Of a stretch of DNA of 64,000 nucleotides, positions 12,130-26,235 are shown piece after piece. The stretch is from the NCBI RefSeq assembly GCF_009914755.1, contig NC_060926.1. One strand, 5' to 3'. The stretch comes from the human T2T-CHM13v2.0 reference genome, Homo sapiens. The stretch's first letter is position 1, and each line of letters opens with the position of its first letter. The position numbers and the translations under genes are program-made. The notes under the pieces are model-generated. The model was not told where the DNA came from. It made no database searches and was given only the letters and a program-made list of their open reading frames with translations.

Positions 12130-14056
12130 AATGAAAGATGTGCAGACCACAAATGACCACAAAACTCTAATCTACAACTGAACATCAGCCTACAAACTCT
12201 ATAGCAACCAGCCCAGAGGACAAACAACAACCTCTGCTACAATTGACCAGAGCAGTCAGGCTTTGGTCAGTGACTGGCAGCTTCTCTCTTTTGTTCCCAC
12301 TTTCAGCTCAGAGTCAACCAGAGAAAGTCAAATATGATCTCCAAATCAATCATATAAGATGAACCACCTGTTGTTAGCATGACTCCAAGTCCTCCATGGC
12401 AACAATCTCTAAAGACAGCATACTTAAAACCTTCCTTTTTTAATCACTATACAGCTTTCCCACTTATTTGCCTGCCTTTGAATTCCTGAAAAAAATGCAG
12501 TGGTAGTGGCTCTCCTGCTACAGCAACCTGTGACAAAACTGCCTTTGTTTGCTACTTTTTGGGTAATCTTTCTTTTATGTGGAAATGCCATAGTTGTTCT
12601 GTATGTCCAATCAAGACTTGGTCATTACAACAGCCCTAGATTTTGAGAGAACTCTTTAACTTGGATGTTTGTGGCTTGTGAAGCTTGGACTACTGTGCTA
12701 AGTCCATGCTGAGTCTGAATCCTGCTGCCTAGAGTTTCTCAAATTTAGTCTTAATTTGATACTCAGATTTTGTTTTAGGTTACTATTTGATTGTCATCCT
12801 GGTGGATCACACCATTTCTTTGAATCGTATTTTGCTCTCTAAACCTGTTGCTCAAGCCTGCCCTTCAGACCAGCAAGTTTGAGGTTCTCATCAGACAAGC
12901 ATCTGTTTGAACAAACTTTGCTATGTGTCATAAATTAAGTGGGATGAGGTTCTCCTTGTGTTTCAATGTTTTGTCATAGGAACATGACTTTTACCCAGAT
13001 AGAGCATTGTCTTTGGTTTTCTGCCTGTACAGGGCCCAGATTATTGTGTCTGCTTTTGGAGGTGGCTAACCATCAGGTTAACAGCTTAAGTCACGAAGTG
13101 CACAGGCTTCACTTTCAACAAAATATTACCTTCTCTTATAGAGCGGCCTAAGTATAAATCTTCTCTTCCAGGAAAAACTCTTGATTCATATATGTACTCT
13201 CACTCTAACACTGATTCTTGTGTTTATCTCTCCAAACAGCATTACTTTATCAAGAGCAATTTGGACTTCAATAGCCAGTCTGAAGAACATTTGACTTGAA
13301 CAAAATTATTCGAGAGGAATTTAAAAAAAAAGGATTAATATTTTTAGACATAATGGACATTTGTTATTGCTATGCAGAATCCTCCAAACAAAATTCTGAA
13401 TCAAAATTTGCTTCACTAACAGATTTGTTTTCCAAAGCTAATGAACAATTTGATGAAATTAAGTAACAACAAACTTGACTCATCAACCTTGGAAATCCTT
13501 CCTTTCCTTGTCCTCCAGTTACCTTCCTATATCACGTTCTCTCTCTTCTTCTCATCTTTCTGATTTCTTTCCTTCTGTATTTCTTTATATTTCTCCTTTT
13601 CCCTTTTTATCAGCCTCCCTATCTTTATTGGATGATTCTCCTAAAACCCCCAAATGCAAGTTGACTCTAAATATTCGTATTTCATATGAGTTGGGTATAC
13701 TGAGCAGCTGTAAAATTTAAACCTTGAACCTGACCTGAAATAAGAGCTGTACTTCATGAATTCCATAAACCTAGATAAAATCTAGCATGGAAGGGTTTAG
13801 AATTCTTTTGAATGCATATGACCCAAGGATACCCTTCCTATTTCAACTTATACCCATATTTGGTTGGAACCTCAAATACTAAATCCTGGGTGAGCTGGGA
13901 CTTCTATTCTCCATAAAGCTTTGTCACTCTGCTGCCTGCCTTTGAGCCTCTGTTAAAGGTAAGTGATGTTGGCTTACTTTTTTACTGAAGCAAACTCTGA
14001 TTAAATAGTTTCTGTCTGTACTCATTCATTTAGGTGGTCTTTGCTTATTTCCACAA
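12130..14056 (+). mobile_element. Internally deleted ERV (class I-like) provirus: 5' LTR ~12130-12580, leader/gag remnant, 3' half of second LTR ~13905-14056
   Basis: The two LTR ends share AGCTTT..CACT....GCCTGCCTTTGA and the second ends ...TTATTTCCACA. Gag-like translation GLQ*PV*RTFDLNKI (13263-13307) and FKP*T*PEIRAVLHEFHKPR...FRILLNAYDP (~13716-13826). Exact family not identified. Confidence 0.7.
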
Positions 14057-14529
14057 TACTGAAGGGGAAATAGGTGGAAAGCCATTCTTAATGAGAAGTT
14101 ATAATCAGAAACTTAGTTTACAACCTGGTAAAAAATAACTGGGAGAAAGACACACTCTTTCTGCTAGCCCAGATGCTTAGACAGAATTGTATAAAGAGCC
14201 AATATCATCGAGTCCTAAGGATTTTCTATGAAAAAAACAAGGAGCTGACATAAGGAATATTCAGGAACAAAGTGAAAGAAAATCTTCTTTTAAAGCGATG
14301 GCTATATACTTAAGGAGCTCATCAAAAATATACTTTTATATTTAAATAGCTTATGTAAGCTCAACAGTGTCCAAGTTAAAACGGGGAAAATTGTTTTGTC
14401 CCTTATTCTTAAGGTAGATACCAAGGAGAAATGTCACACGATGCATTAAGTATTCTAGTGCAGTTGGAATACTTCTAGAACTTAACATGGAATGAATGAG
14501 CTGTGGTTCTCTCATAATTTCTATGGTTT

Positions 14530-14625
14530 TGCACAGTCACTTCCCTTCTGTGGGCACAGATTTCTTATTTGTAAAATGAGAAAGTCAACTAGATTGCTAG
14601 GAGCACTTTCTACATATGAAAATTT
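14530..14625 (+). mobile_element. MIR fragment
   Basis: MIR core GTCACTTCCCTTCTGTGGGCACAGATTTCTTATTTGTAAAATGAG. Confidence 0.6.
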
Positions 14626-14715
14626 TGAATAAAATGTGAATGATATTCTGTTTCTCCAAACTAGTAAAAACCCATTATATGACATATGATGAGTTCCAAG
14701 AGTTTGTGTAGACAC

Positions 14716-15308
14716 TGTAAACCAAAAATAAAATTGGAAGGCCCCCCCACAACCATCTGAATGGACTCCCTCCTGGGCCAGGGAACTCAAAAATTTAACC
14801 AGAAAGACTGGTTCAGGCCATGATGGAAAATGGAGATCTGACATGCTTCCTTATACCTTTCCAGGATAAATATCAACACAGACCTTAAGTCTAATAAGAA
14901 ACATTTACAGTCTATTTTTTCTGAAACCTTCTATTTGGAGGCTTCAGCTGCAAGATAAAATCTTGGTCTCCAAAACCCCTTTTCTTAACTCAGACATTCC
15001 TTTCTACTGATAACAACTCTTTCAACCAATTGCCAATCAGAATATGTTTAAATCTATCTATGACCTGGAAGATACCCACCCCCACCCCCCGAGTTGTCCC
15101 ACCCTTTCAGATCAAACTAATGTAAATTTGACATGTACTGATTGATGTCTCATGTCTGCCTAAAATGTGTAAAAGCAAGTTGTGCACCTACCACCTTGGG
15201 CACACGTCCTCAGGAACTTCTGAGGCTGTGTCTTGGGCACGTTCTTAATCACGGCAAAATAAAATTTCTAAATTGACTAACACCTATCTCTGATATTTTG
15301 AGTTCACA
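14716..15308 (+). mobile_element. MER4A-like solo LTR (ERV1)
   Basis: Begins TGTAAACCAAAAATAAAATT...CAACCATCTGAATGGAC; AATAAA near 15258; ends ...GAGTTCACA; flanks ACAC/ATAC fit a decayed 4-bp TSD. Confidence 0.88.
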
Positions 15309-16482
15309 ATACTGATCTTTAAGGATATATTTATGACCTTAAATGAAGTCAGTCTGAAACAACCATATTTTGTTTTAAATAATGCACATAGCAGGAAAAA
15401 AAACAATTTTTATATTGCTCCTTTCTAACTCAGAAAAGTATTTGGCAATTCAATTATGTTAATATTAAAAGTTTCAGTGGCATACAAAACCTCACTAGAC
15501 TTTCTCAACTCTTGGAAGCTCAATTTCATTCCCTTGGCCTTATTCCGATGGCTTAGCAATGAGTATTCTTTTATTATTCTTATTATTTGTTATTTTCTTT
15601 GCTGAATTCTCTATTCAAATGATAAGTACGGCAATCAAGTAAGATAATGCACTGAGAATACAGTCTTATAGAATCTAGTACTCCCTAAATATAAAGCTGC
15701 ATACTGATAATGCTGCCTAGAAGTGCAGTATAGGAAACATAAATTTGTTAGATACGTTTACATTTTCAAAGATAACTCACATCCTGGGCTCTTCAGTGTA
15801 GGAGTTTGTGCACTCAGATCCTTCTTTACAGGACCATTTAAATAAAGTGCCATTTTCTTCAGTTCCATATGGAAATATTACACAATAGATTTAGAAGAAG
15901 TGGTTTGGTTTGGTTTATTTTTTATTAGTAACATATTGCAAAACTGATGATCTTCAATTTGGAATGCAGATTTCCCTTCTATCCAAATTCAGGACCATAG
16001 GATGAGCACAGGCCAGACATTTTTTTTTTTTTCTAACAGCAAAGAAAACGTTTAATCTCTCTGAATGTTAATGTGCAGCTCTGGACTTTCTAATTTGATT
16101 TTATTTCTTTGCTCTTCTCTTTTAGTTCCCTCAGGCTCAGCCTTAAAATTGTTTACCAACTGCTGTTTACAATCACAATTACTGTATATTCTAATAACAT
16201 AATGAGGAAATGGAATAGACAGTCCCCAAGGTTTGTATTTCTGTCAAAATGTGCCAGAAGGTCCAGGTTGCGGTGGGATTCAGTGGAAGGATTCAGTTCT
16301 TTAATTGTTTCACTGTTCTTTATCTTTTTTTTCGAACATGTCTTAAGTCAGACTAATGAATGCCACATGCAGAAACCTGCTTAGGTTCTTACGTGGAGTG
16401 TCAGGTCGAGCCGTTTATGCCATGCCAACAGGAACCGGAGGAAAAACGTTACCTGGTCAGAATCAAATCCAGCACAGTCTTC

Positions 16483-16620
16483 TTTCATTCAACAAATACG
16501 TATTGTGAAATTCACATGAGTCAGGCACTCTAGATCTCAAACGTGCTAGTGGTGAGCACTAATAATATCCCTGCCTTCAGGAAGTTTAGAGTCTAGTGCA
16601 GGAAAGAGACATCAAACATT
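16483..16620 (-). mobile_element. L2 3' end
   Basis: TCATTCAACAAATACGTATTG...GTCAGGCACT...CCCTGCCTTCAGGAAGTTTAGAGTCTAGT. Confidence 0.7.
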
Positions 16621-16769
16621 TTCCATCCAACTCCATGTAAACACACTTTAATGTCTCTGTAGATTGTAGTGAATCATCACGCATTAATTTACTCCAGTTT
16701 ACTACAAAATTATGTGAAGGATTCATTGATACCCTCATGTTCATTTCTTATTCTTCCCATCTAGTTGAA

Positions 16770-17930
16770 TTCCTATGGCTAACACTTCTGAATGCTCTTA
16801 TCAATTTTACCAATGACTTCTAAATTGCAAATCCAATAATTTTTTTTTCAGTTTTCACCTTATTGAACTTATTTAACTGCATATGACCAATTCTTTTCTC
16901 ATTTTTTATTTAAATGTGGTTTTTATTTGAACACCAAAGATCTACCTACCTACATATCTATGTATGTTTGTCTATCTAGTTATTATCTATCTAGTTAGCT
17001 GTCATCGATCATCCATCACCTATCCTCCATTTTTCCCTCTCCCCTCATCATTCTTTTCAGTCAAAGATGTCCGAATATTCTTCTTCAGTCCTCTTTGCTC
17101 CTTCTTCCTCACATGCCAGACCTCTCTAACTGCTGGAGTATCCGGACTCAGTTCTTGATTCTATGCTCACTTCCCATGAGATCTCATCCAGCTTCATTGA
17201 TAAATACTATGCACAAAGGTTACATAAAATTTTGGATTCACATTTGACCAGTCTTCTAGAGTAGCATTAATAAATACCTCAAACATGTTTATATCCAAAC
17301 TGTTGAATTCTATTTCCCATATCCAAGCCTTTAAAAAATGGTAAGAATAATAAAAAAAATACAGCTATTTCTTGTCTTCTTCAGCCCAACAAATCCAATG
17401 GCACTCACCTGGTTATTTGTGGCACATATCAAACCCTTTGAGAGCATCCTGCCAATGCTGCTCTAGTATAAATCCAGAATCTGAGCCCTTCCTCTCTATC
17501 ACTCTTCTTTATTCCAGCCTGTTATGTTTGTTCTCCTAAATAGTCTCCTCGGTTGTGCTCTTTACCCCACCATCTATTTTCTATATGGGAATAAAAGTAA
17601 CTGTCTAAAACTTAAAACCCTGTCACTCTAATGGCTCCCAACCTCCCTCAGAGGTAAAAACGAAGCCTTAATAGTCTTTGTTATCTTTTGTGTTCTGGCT
17701 TCAGACTAGCTCCTTTACCTTGTTCTCTATCCCTCCCTCCCAGGGGTCCTTCTCTCTGGCCACACTGGCCTGCTTTTCACTCTTTGAAACACCAAATGTA
17801 ACTCTGCACTGGGAAATATGTTCTTGACATTCTTTTTGCCTGAAAAAATACTCATGTGGTTCCCTTCCTGACTCCTTTCAAGTCATAACTCGTATGTGGT
17901 CTTCTCCGGGAGACCCTCGTTCACAGCGTA
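16770..17930 (+). mobile_element. Degraded L2 body
   Basis: L2 ORF2/3' motifs ACCAATGACTTCTAAATTGCAAATCCAAT, GATCTCATCCAGCTTCATTG, CTCTAATGGCTCCCA, CTCTGGCCACACTGGCC. Confidence 0.65.
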
Positions 17931-20309
17931 AGTGACATCTTGTGACAAGGGAGTACTGTCATCAACCATTACTCTTTACCATTTTCTACTTATTCTTCTT
18001 CTGAATAAATTACTGAGAGACACGATGCAGGGTAGCTTCAATCAAAAGCACATTCATGATACTTGAATCCTCTCCTTTTCTAAAATCCTTCCTAAATTGT
18101 ATTCTGGTGATATGATCTTGGGAGAAAAGAAACAAAGAATCTTCTTTTCGTTATTTTAGTTGGTTATTTTCAGTCCAGAGGTAACACTAATCAGGTTCTC
18201 ACTCCCTTTCCCTGGCTCAGGCTTTCCCCCTTCCCAGCTGTCTAGTGCTGAGAAAAGAAAGACAATTAAAAGACATCTCTAAGCTTATTATTGTAGGCCT
18301 CAGAGACAGAAGGGAAGAGAATAAATAAAGGGTAATTTTACAATTTCTTCACTTCTCTCAAAATCTGGTTCTATAGTGACTCTAATATTGGCTCTAATAT
18401 GTCATTAATGATTTGAAGAATCCATCCTGGAGTATGTTAGCATGAGGGGCAGAGGGAACTTCAAATGCATCACAGGTATTTTTTGACTATCTTTAGAGGT
18501 TTTGTGATAGAGAGAAAAAACATGTTAAAAATAGAGTATCCCACCCATCACATCATGTTGTAACCCTCAGATATATAAAATAGAATTTATTTTAAAAAAT
18601 AGAAATAAATGCAATGTATTTAAAAGCAATGTATATCCATTCCCAAGACCTTCCAACTACACTTCACAGGATGGTCCTCTGCTCATTTATTTCTATAACT
18701 ATAACATGCATGGACAGATTAAATCTGTTTATTTAAGTTGACAACAAATGTTTAAAAGGTAAATGGATTGTTCAACTGCACTTACTTAATACAATTATTT
18801 TACATGGTTTTCATTGTAGATTAGGAGAAGAACTCTCAGAATCTGACAAAGCATTTAGCTATAGAATTGGAAGAATCTTAAAGACCATCCAATCCAACTA
18901 TTGGAATCTTATCATTGAAGATTTTATACTATTTTCTTTAAATATATTTTTTCATAATGTGATTATCTGCTGGTTAAATGCCTGCAATTGATATTAGGGA
19001 AGAAAGGCAAAGACACACACACTCACTATATAATGGCCACTTTTTAGATTAGTGGTTATACAATTTTATATTCTTCATTTGTATCCAAATGTTTGAACAC
19101 ATTGAAAATATTACTGGTGCTAAACTTACTTTCAGTGCTCCAAACCTGACAGCTTTTGATAGTTATCTTTAATGCTTTAAGCAGTGATAGATTAGGATAC
19201 AAAAGAAAGAACTGAAATTAATAGAATTAACTGAGTCTATAGTTCAGAATAAATTTATAGATAAAGTCATTGTAAAAAGTAGAAACTGCCAACCTAGCAA
19301 GAGATGGTTAACAAATATTTGTTGATCGGTTGACTAAATTTTACTGTAAAGTTTTTCTTTTCTTTCTTCCATTTTTATACACATAAAGAACAAATTCCCC
19401 AGTCTGTTCATTCTGGTATAGGTGTTTTTATTTCCTTTTCAGCTTCTTATTTTAAAATTAAAACTGTTCTTTCAGTAAGCAAGAGCATCTAATTAAGGCT
19501 TCCAAATGTTATACAGCTTTATGATTCAAGAAATCAACAGGGGCATGAGTAATAGGTTATATGCAACCTGGGATTTTAGTTTAATGGAAACATATGTAAG
19601 ACAGGGACAAGGGAGATGCAGATCACTCAGTTGGACTCTGCAGCAGTTAGCATGGAACATATGTCCAAAGCCGACTTATCTGTTCATTTCATTGTCATTT
19701 GAACATCCAAATATTTGAACACATAATACAAAAAATTATTTGGCCCGAATTTTATTTCAGGGTTCTAACTGTAATAGTTTGATAGTTTTCCTTAAAAACT
19801 TTTAAGCAGTAAAAGATGAGGACGTACAAGTATTTCAATCAATGGGGCCAATTAAAGTTGTTGTTCACAATGAATTTACAAAGTCATTGTCAAGAGTAAT
19901 TTAATAATGTGTGCACTATTGTGGAAGATACAGAGGAAGTTTATCTAAATAATGATTGCCATAAAATCTTACATATTTTTCATTGAAAAGTCGTAAGTCT
20001 CCTTAAAGGAGAGCATCTTCTTCTTTAACGGTTGTATTCTAAACCTACCATCAGTTAATGTATATGCTTTGATTAGCTTTTTAAGTGGAAATAGTAAACT
20101 TGCAATTTATAACATTGATTTTTTTGATAATAACATAAAAATATATTGAGGGTTTTCACAACCCTCAAAAATGTCTTAGGATCCATTCTGAATGCTAAAA
20201 AAAATCTTAGAAGGGTAGAAACTTACATTTGAAAAGGAATTATATCCCATAGGAAGAACAGTTTTTGAAATCTAGCAACTCTAGATTCATGTATCTGCTG
20301 TTGCCAGGG

Positions 20310-20450
20310 AAACATTATTTACCTACTGTGAGACTTAATTTGTTTCACAATTAAAGGAGGAATTAGAATAGCTGCTTTAAACAGTTATGATGAGGTATAA
20401 ATATAATCTTGTATGGAAAGTTCCTAGCACATTGCCTTTTACAAAGCAAA
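20310..20450 (+). mobile_element. MIR fragment
   Basis: TTACCTACTGTGAGACTT...GTTATGATGAGGTATAAATATAATCTTGTATGGAAAGTTCCTAGCACATTGCC. Confidence 0.55.
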
Positions 20451-22140
20451 CACTTTAAACTTGAGTTTGGGTTGTTCATGTTGTTGCTATTGTTCTTTAT
20501 TTTCTTTCCATTTCCCTTTCCTGAAAAGGGCCTCAACTATTATGTAAGACAGACATTCAGCTAGTCATCTCTGCTACATCCCACCGAATGGTCCTGAGCA
20601 TCTGATCAATGTTGCCCCTGTGAGCGAATTGTATTGAAATAGAAGATAGAAAACAATTATTTCTACATGGGCCAAAATACATATTTATCTAAGCCAGAGC
20701 ATACAGAATTATCTGAAAATGTGCCAGCATGTCGTGACTTTTGGCAATAGTGCACTTCACATTATTAGAAATGGGCAGTGTAAGACAAGTTGGCTTTGGG
20801 AGGAAGTCCTCTGCATCAAAGCGAGTTTATAAAATACTGTGAGCAGGAGTATTTCTTTGTTCATATATCAGGGAATAGTAAAAATAACAAAGTGGCCCAT
20901 ATGCAAATATAACAACATGCACTTTGTCCTACATTATGACTGACCATTGCCTCCCAAATAGAAAATAAATGGCTTTTGGACCAACTCCAGTATTCTCACT
21001 TTACAATTAGAGTATGTACATTTCTCTTTTTTTACTGACAATTTCTCAAAAGTTCAGAGTAGAGATATTGACTTTCACTGGATGGAGTGCTAATCATTAC
21101 CACTTTTTGGAGTGAATCCAAGACAATAAATTTGAGCAGGCTATAAGCTATGGTTGACTTGTAATGCTGAGCTGGGAGATTAAAAACCAACATGCAAAAA
21201 TAACCTTGAATCTATTGGATAGGAAATAACTTGAACACCGAATGAATTAGGTTTCAGGTGTAAAGCCTGATTAAGAAAGTGATAAAGAGATGGCTAATGA
21301 AAGAAAAGCAGGGATCTTGATAAAAAATGTACTGGAAAGCAATTTAATCAAATTGTTATTTTTCATTTATTTCTAAAATATTTAGCATGTGTCCTGGGCA
21401 ATATATACATAAGTAGATGAAACTAACATACTGCCATTTTTTCAAAGAAAATAAAGTTACTAAGGGAAACACATAGACGAGCAAATATTAATCTGAAATA
21501 AATTACTGCTATAAATTACACATGAGCAAGATACCACACGAAGTAACACTACATAATTAAATCAGTTATGGTTTTGCGAATGATAAGACATTAAAAGTGC
21601 ATATTAAAATGTAAGTCATATATGAATCATGGAAGAAGTCACTCCAAAGTGAGAGAAGGGTATGTGCAAGTATTTAATGTAATGCTCAGTGAGCAATTTT
21701 TATGACGAGGGTACAAGGCACTTGTAAAATGAGGTAACATGGGCAGAAAAGGAGGCTGGACAAGTGGGTTGGAACAGGATTGGGAACATTGTCATATTTA
21801 ATGATACACCAGTTGCAAGTCGAACACTGAATAAAAGTGAAATAAATCAGGATATGTTTGGAAACGTTAAAAAGTGATGGCAGACTGCCTTGATGTTGGG
21901 AGTCCTATCTAGTCTTTCCTACTTGATGGTATGCTACTTGTCAATAGGTAAATGGACAGATAAATAAATAAATTAGAAAGACCCAGTCAACCATAAAAAC
22001 AAGGAATGGGTATCTCCAGGTGGCATAAATATTTTTTAAAATCCGTAACTTAAAAGTGGGCGTGTCGGTGACCTCGTGGGACATGAGTAAAGGCTGTAGA
22101 TGAAAGCTTGGAACTTGACACCCTGTATAAAGCTAGGATG

Positions 22141-22375
<235 letters not shown>

Positions 22376-22859
22376 TTAGGTTTACTTTAAAAATGTGTAT
22401 GGCAGCATGTTGGAGTCACATGGGACAATGGGGTATAGGATGGGGCAGAGTGGGACATCAAGTCAAGAATTTATTCTTAGTATATAACACAAAAAATTGT
22501 GTACCCCAAACTAAACCAGAAATTCTTACAGATTGTTATTAAACAGTAAAGTATAAACTGCTCCCGTAACAATGAATACCATAGAGCCCAGAAAAGTCAG
22601 AAACTGAGTACTACCATGTCAATATCCCTTTGGTTAACTCTACAACCCAGGGTCTCCATGGGACTTCTGATGGAGGCTGTTTGTGTAAGTAAATAAACAA
22701 ATAAATATCAGAGAAAAACCGCAACGTACTCATGTGTGTCCAACACCATAAAAATAAGTCAGCAATAAACTTTGTAAGCTATAGCCCAAGAATTAAGGTA
22801 TTAATAAATTAACATAAAATGGAGCCAAAAAGTTTTAAAATCCTAAATATAAAGGAAAA

Positions 22860-23520
22860 CTATGATTAAAAAACACTTGATATAAGAAGAAATGGAAACT
22901 CTGAATTATCCTAAACTACTAAAGTTTATACATTTTATAAAACTCTTCCTTCAAAATAGATATGAGATCCAGAAAGTCTTAGAGTCAAGTTATATAAAGA
23001 CTTTATGTAATGGATAAATAGCAACCTTATACAATTCAGAGAAATTTTAAAAGAAGTAACACCACCCAACTCACTCTAAGACTACTCTAATTGTTATAGC
23101 AAAATAGAAATGAGATAGTAAGGCTGGGCACAGTGGCTCACACCTGTAATCCCAGCACTTTGGGAGGCCGAGGCGGGCAGATCATGAGGTCAAGAGATCG
23201 AGACCATCCCGGCCAACATGATGAAACTCTGCGTCTACTAAAAAATACAAAAAAAAAAAAAAAAAATTAGCCAGGCATGGTGGTGCATGCCTGCTGTCCC
23301 AGCTACTCGGGACGCTGAGGCAGGAGAATCACTTGAACCCGGGAGGCCTACATCGCTCACTTGGAAATGAGAAGAAATGAGACAGTGAAAGAAAAGTTAA
23401 ATAAAGGCTAATCTCACAAATGCAAAGGCATATGTGCAAAATTATATGTAAAATATTAACTTTACCTATAAGTACATTAAAAAGCATCACAAATATGGTT
23501 TATTTCAGAAATACATAAAG
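22860..23520 (+). mobile_element. Old L1M ORF2 remnant (host of the AluSc)
   Basis: GAAGAAATGGAAACTCTGAAT...CCAACTCACTCTAAGACTACTCTAA...ATGGTTTATTTCAGAAATACA resemble L1 ORF2. Confidence 0.55.
23122..23347 (+). mobile_element. AluSc lacking its 3' end and A-tail
   Basis: AluSc diagnostic GAGGTCAAGAGATCGAGACCATCC; stops at GAACCCGGGAGGC; TSD-like AGAAATGAGA(T/C)AGT at 23106 and 23373. Confidence 0.92.
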
Positions 23521-24010
23521 ATGTAGAGAACATAGAATCTTGTGGAAAAGACAAACAGAAAACAAGTACATGATGACACCGAGACCAGAACCAGACATAC
23601 ACGTTTGCGAAAAACTTTTCCAAATCTATAAAGCTGTGTTTATATTTTACTCCATCATCTTTCAATTATATATCTAGGTAAATATTTATTTGTGTTACCC
23701 TTGTTTACATATGTAAGATTGTTAATTTCACTATTGTTTATAACAATAAAAAATCTAAAGTTCTGTTTCTAAGAAAAAATAAAAATACATTGTGATAATT
23801 CACATTGCAGAAGATCTTAGAACAGTTAAAATCAGTGAACTTAAAATACATTGATAAATTTTAAAAATACATTTACAAGTAAAATACCAAGTTGCAGAGT
23901 CATACATATAGTATTTTAACTGTTATTACTTCTCAATTTCCAAGACCATACTATTTTTATAATGTTACATATATGTATTACATGGATAATCATACATATT
24001 AATCATCTAT

Positions 24011-24085
24011 TATAGATTTAAATTACATTTAAATTATAGATGTAAATTATAGACATAAATTATAGATTTAATCATATAGATTAAA
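24011..24085. repeat. Degenerate ~13-bp AT-rich tandem repeat (TATAGATTTAAAT)
   Basis: Several imperfect TATAGA..TAAAT units. Confidence 0.7.
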
Positions 24086-24699
24086 ACTATATGCAAAATA
24101 TCCATATATGTTTTCTGTGTATAGAGGAATGGAAAAAGCATAGGAGAGATTTATAAAAAGGAATTCAACCTTAACAATCTTTATTTCTTCATAAAACTGA
24201 TGCGTGAACAATAAAACAATCTAATTCTGGACAGTAGGTATCCAACCATTCACTATAGTTTTGTTTGTGTATTTTTTAGCTCAATTTTTAAAAATTGAAA
24301 TAAAATAAGAAGCAATAAAATGAATGCAGGTAGAAATTAGCGTTAAGGACTCCATGTTGGAGGTGATAGCAGTGATCTAGGTGAGGACTCAAGCTAACCA
24401 AATGGTTTACAACGTAGAGGTCCAGAAAGGAATGAAGCAATTGGACAGACAGTGAGAAAATTGAAGAAAGGTTAAGCCAAGTCCTATTATTCCACACTGG
24501 TCATATGTCATCTTTGGACCTAAATTACAATATGCTACAGTCTTAGAGTAGAAGAGAGCCTCAGGAAAGAACTATCCCAAGTCCTATGGGATGAACACAT
24601 GATAGAAAAATCCAATAATATAGATGGGATGCAAGAAGAGGAGCAGCAGGTATATGGGAGAAAGCCATGCACTAATGTGGAAAATCTAATGAGCGTGTG

Positions 24700-25055
24700 T
24701 GTATGTTTTTAAGTATATGTGTTGATAAATATCTAACATTTTTAATAGAGATGTTGAACAATGTTGTGCAATCATCACCTCTATCAAGTTTTGACATTTA
24801 ATCACCCTAAAAAAAAAAACACTCACATACCCAATAGAATCGCTACCCACTCCCCAGTCCCCATCCTCTGGAAACCACCAATATGCTTTCTGATTCTATG
24901 TGTTTATCTGATCTGGATATTTTACATAAATGGAATGGTAAAATATATCACTTTATATGTCTGGCTTATTTCACTTAACGTAAGATTTTTGAGCTTCACC
25001 CAACTTGGTGCATGCATCAGTACTTCATTTCTTTTTATGGCTGAAAAATATATTA
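24700..25055 (-). mobile_element. L1MB-type 3' end
   Basis: GTTGTGCAATCATCACCTCTATC...CTGGATATTTTACATAAATGGAAT...GTACTTCATTTCTTTTTATGGCTGAA. Confidence 0.8.
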
Positions 25056-26235
25056 GTGAAGATCTCTGAAACCAATTTTTTAGTTCCTGAATTTATGCTT
25101 GCTAATTGTTTTGGTTTGGTTTGGTTTTCCTAGCAATCATATAAACAAGCTTCAGTATTGCTTAATGCATATCTAATGTAGTAGCTCTTATATGTCTAAA
25201 CTACTTTTGCTTTGCATGGAAATTTCTTTAATTCTCTGAATTTCACAGTTTAGTACTGCTCTCTCCCCTAGAATTCTAAAAAGTACTAATGAGATACCCA
25301 AAAGCAGCCTGCCCCACACACGTCCACACAATAACTATCTTGGGTCTTAGCTTGTCCATGTACTGGGAGAAAGACTGAAAATATTAATGATTACCTACCT
25401 AGTGAAATTGGATTAATTCCACCAAAATGTTCCCAATGGTTTCCAAACATGATTTTAATATTTGATGGGCAAATGATGCCAAATTTTAACTTTATTAATT
25501 TATTTCTTTAGGTTTTTGTATATCATCTTGCCCCCTTTGGAAATACACCATATTTGTGACAATGATAGCACATTACCTCTTTATAGGATATTACTTCTCT
25601 AAAAGGTGCAGAGTAATGCTAATTTTTCTGGAAGGAAAAGATACATATGCCTACATAATCAGTATTTCCTAGGAACAGCAGAAGCAAAATAATGGTGACG
25701 CTGGACATCCAGGCACTCCATTAGGCACTGAATGCCTAGGTAAGGTAGTAAGTGGAGTGACCTGGTAAAGAAGAGTGGGAACAGGACGGTAAACACAAAT
25801 AATGCTCAAAGAAATATTAAGATTGCAAATTCTTATCAGCCCTACTTCTGATTTGAAGGAGCCTATTGATTTGTCAATCACAGAACTTGGTTATTACATC
25901 AACCAAGAGTAGAAAACCTATTCGAATTGGGCCTAATGGTCTACTTATCTAAATCTTTATAAGATGGCGAGTGCTATGCTTCATTTTTTATTCCCTTTTA
26001 AAAAGAGACCACCAATATCATATGGTATTTAAAACGCAATAAACTTACTGAGATGGATAAGGTTACATCCTGTTCTGTTTAGCAAACAGAGTTGGGAGTA
26101 CAATTGTAAAAATACAAAAAAACACATAAAGGCAAAAAATAAGAGAGAGACAGTGAGAGCACAATAACTTGAAAGTCAGCATAATGGTTGTCATTAGGAA
26201 GGAGCAGGTGGGAGGATTGGAAAGGATGGACCTCT

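Noticed and set aside
16330-16470. Small CpG cluster with a minus-strand donor-like CAG|GTAACG
   Set aside because: Too short for a CpG island and no matching acceptor or ORF; cannot support an exon or promoter.
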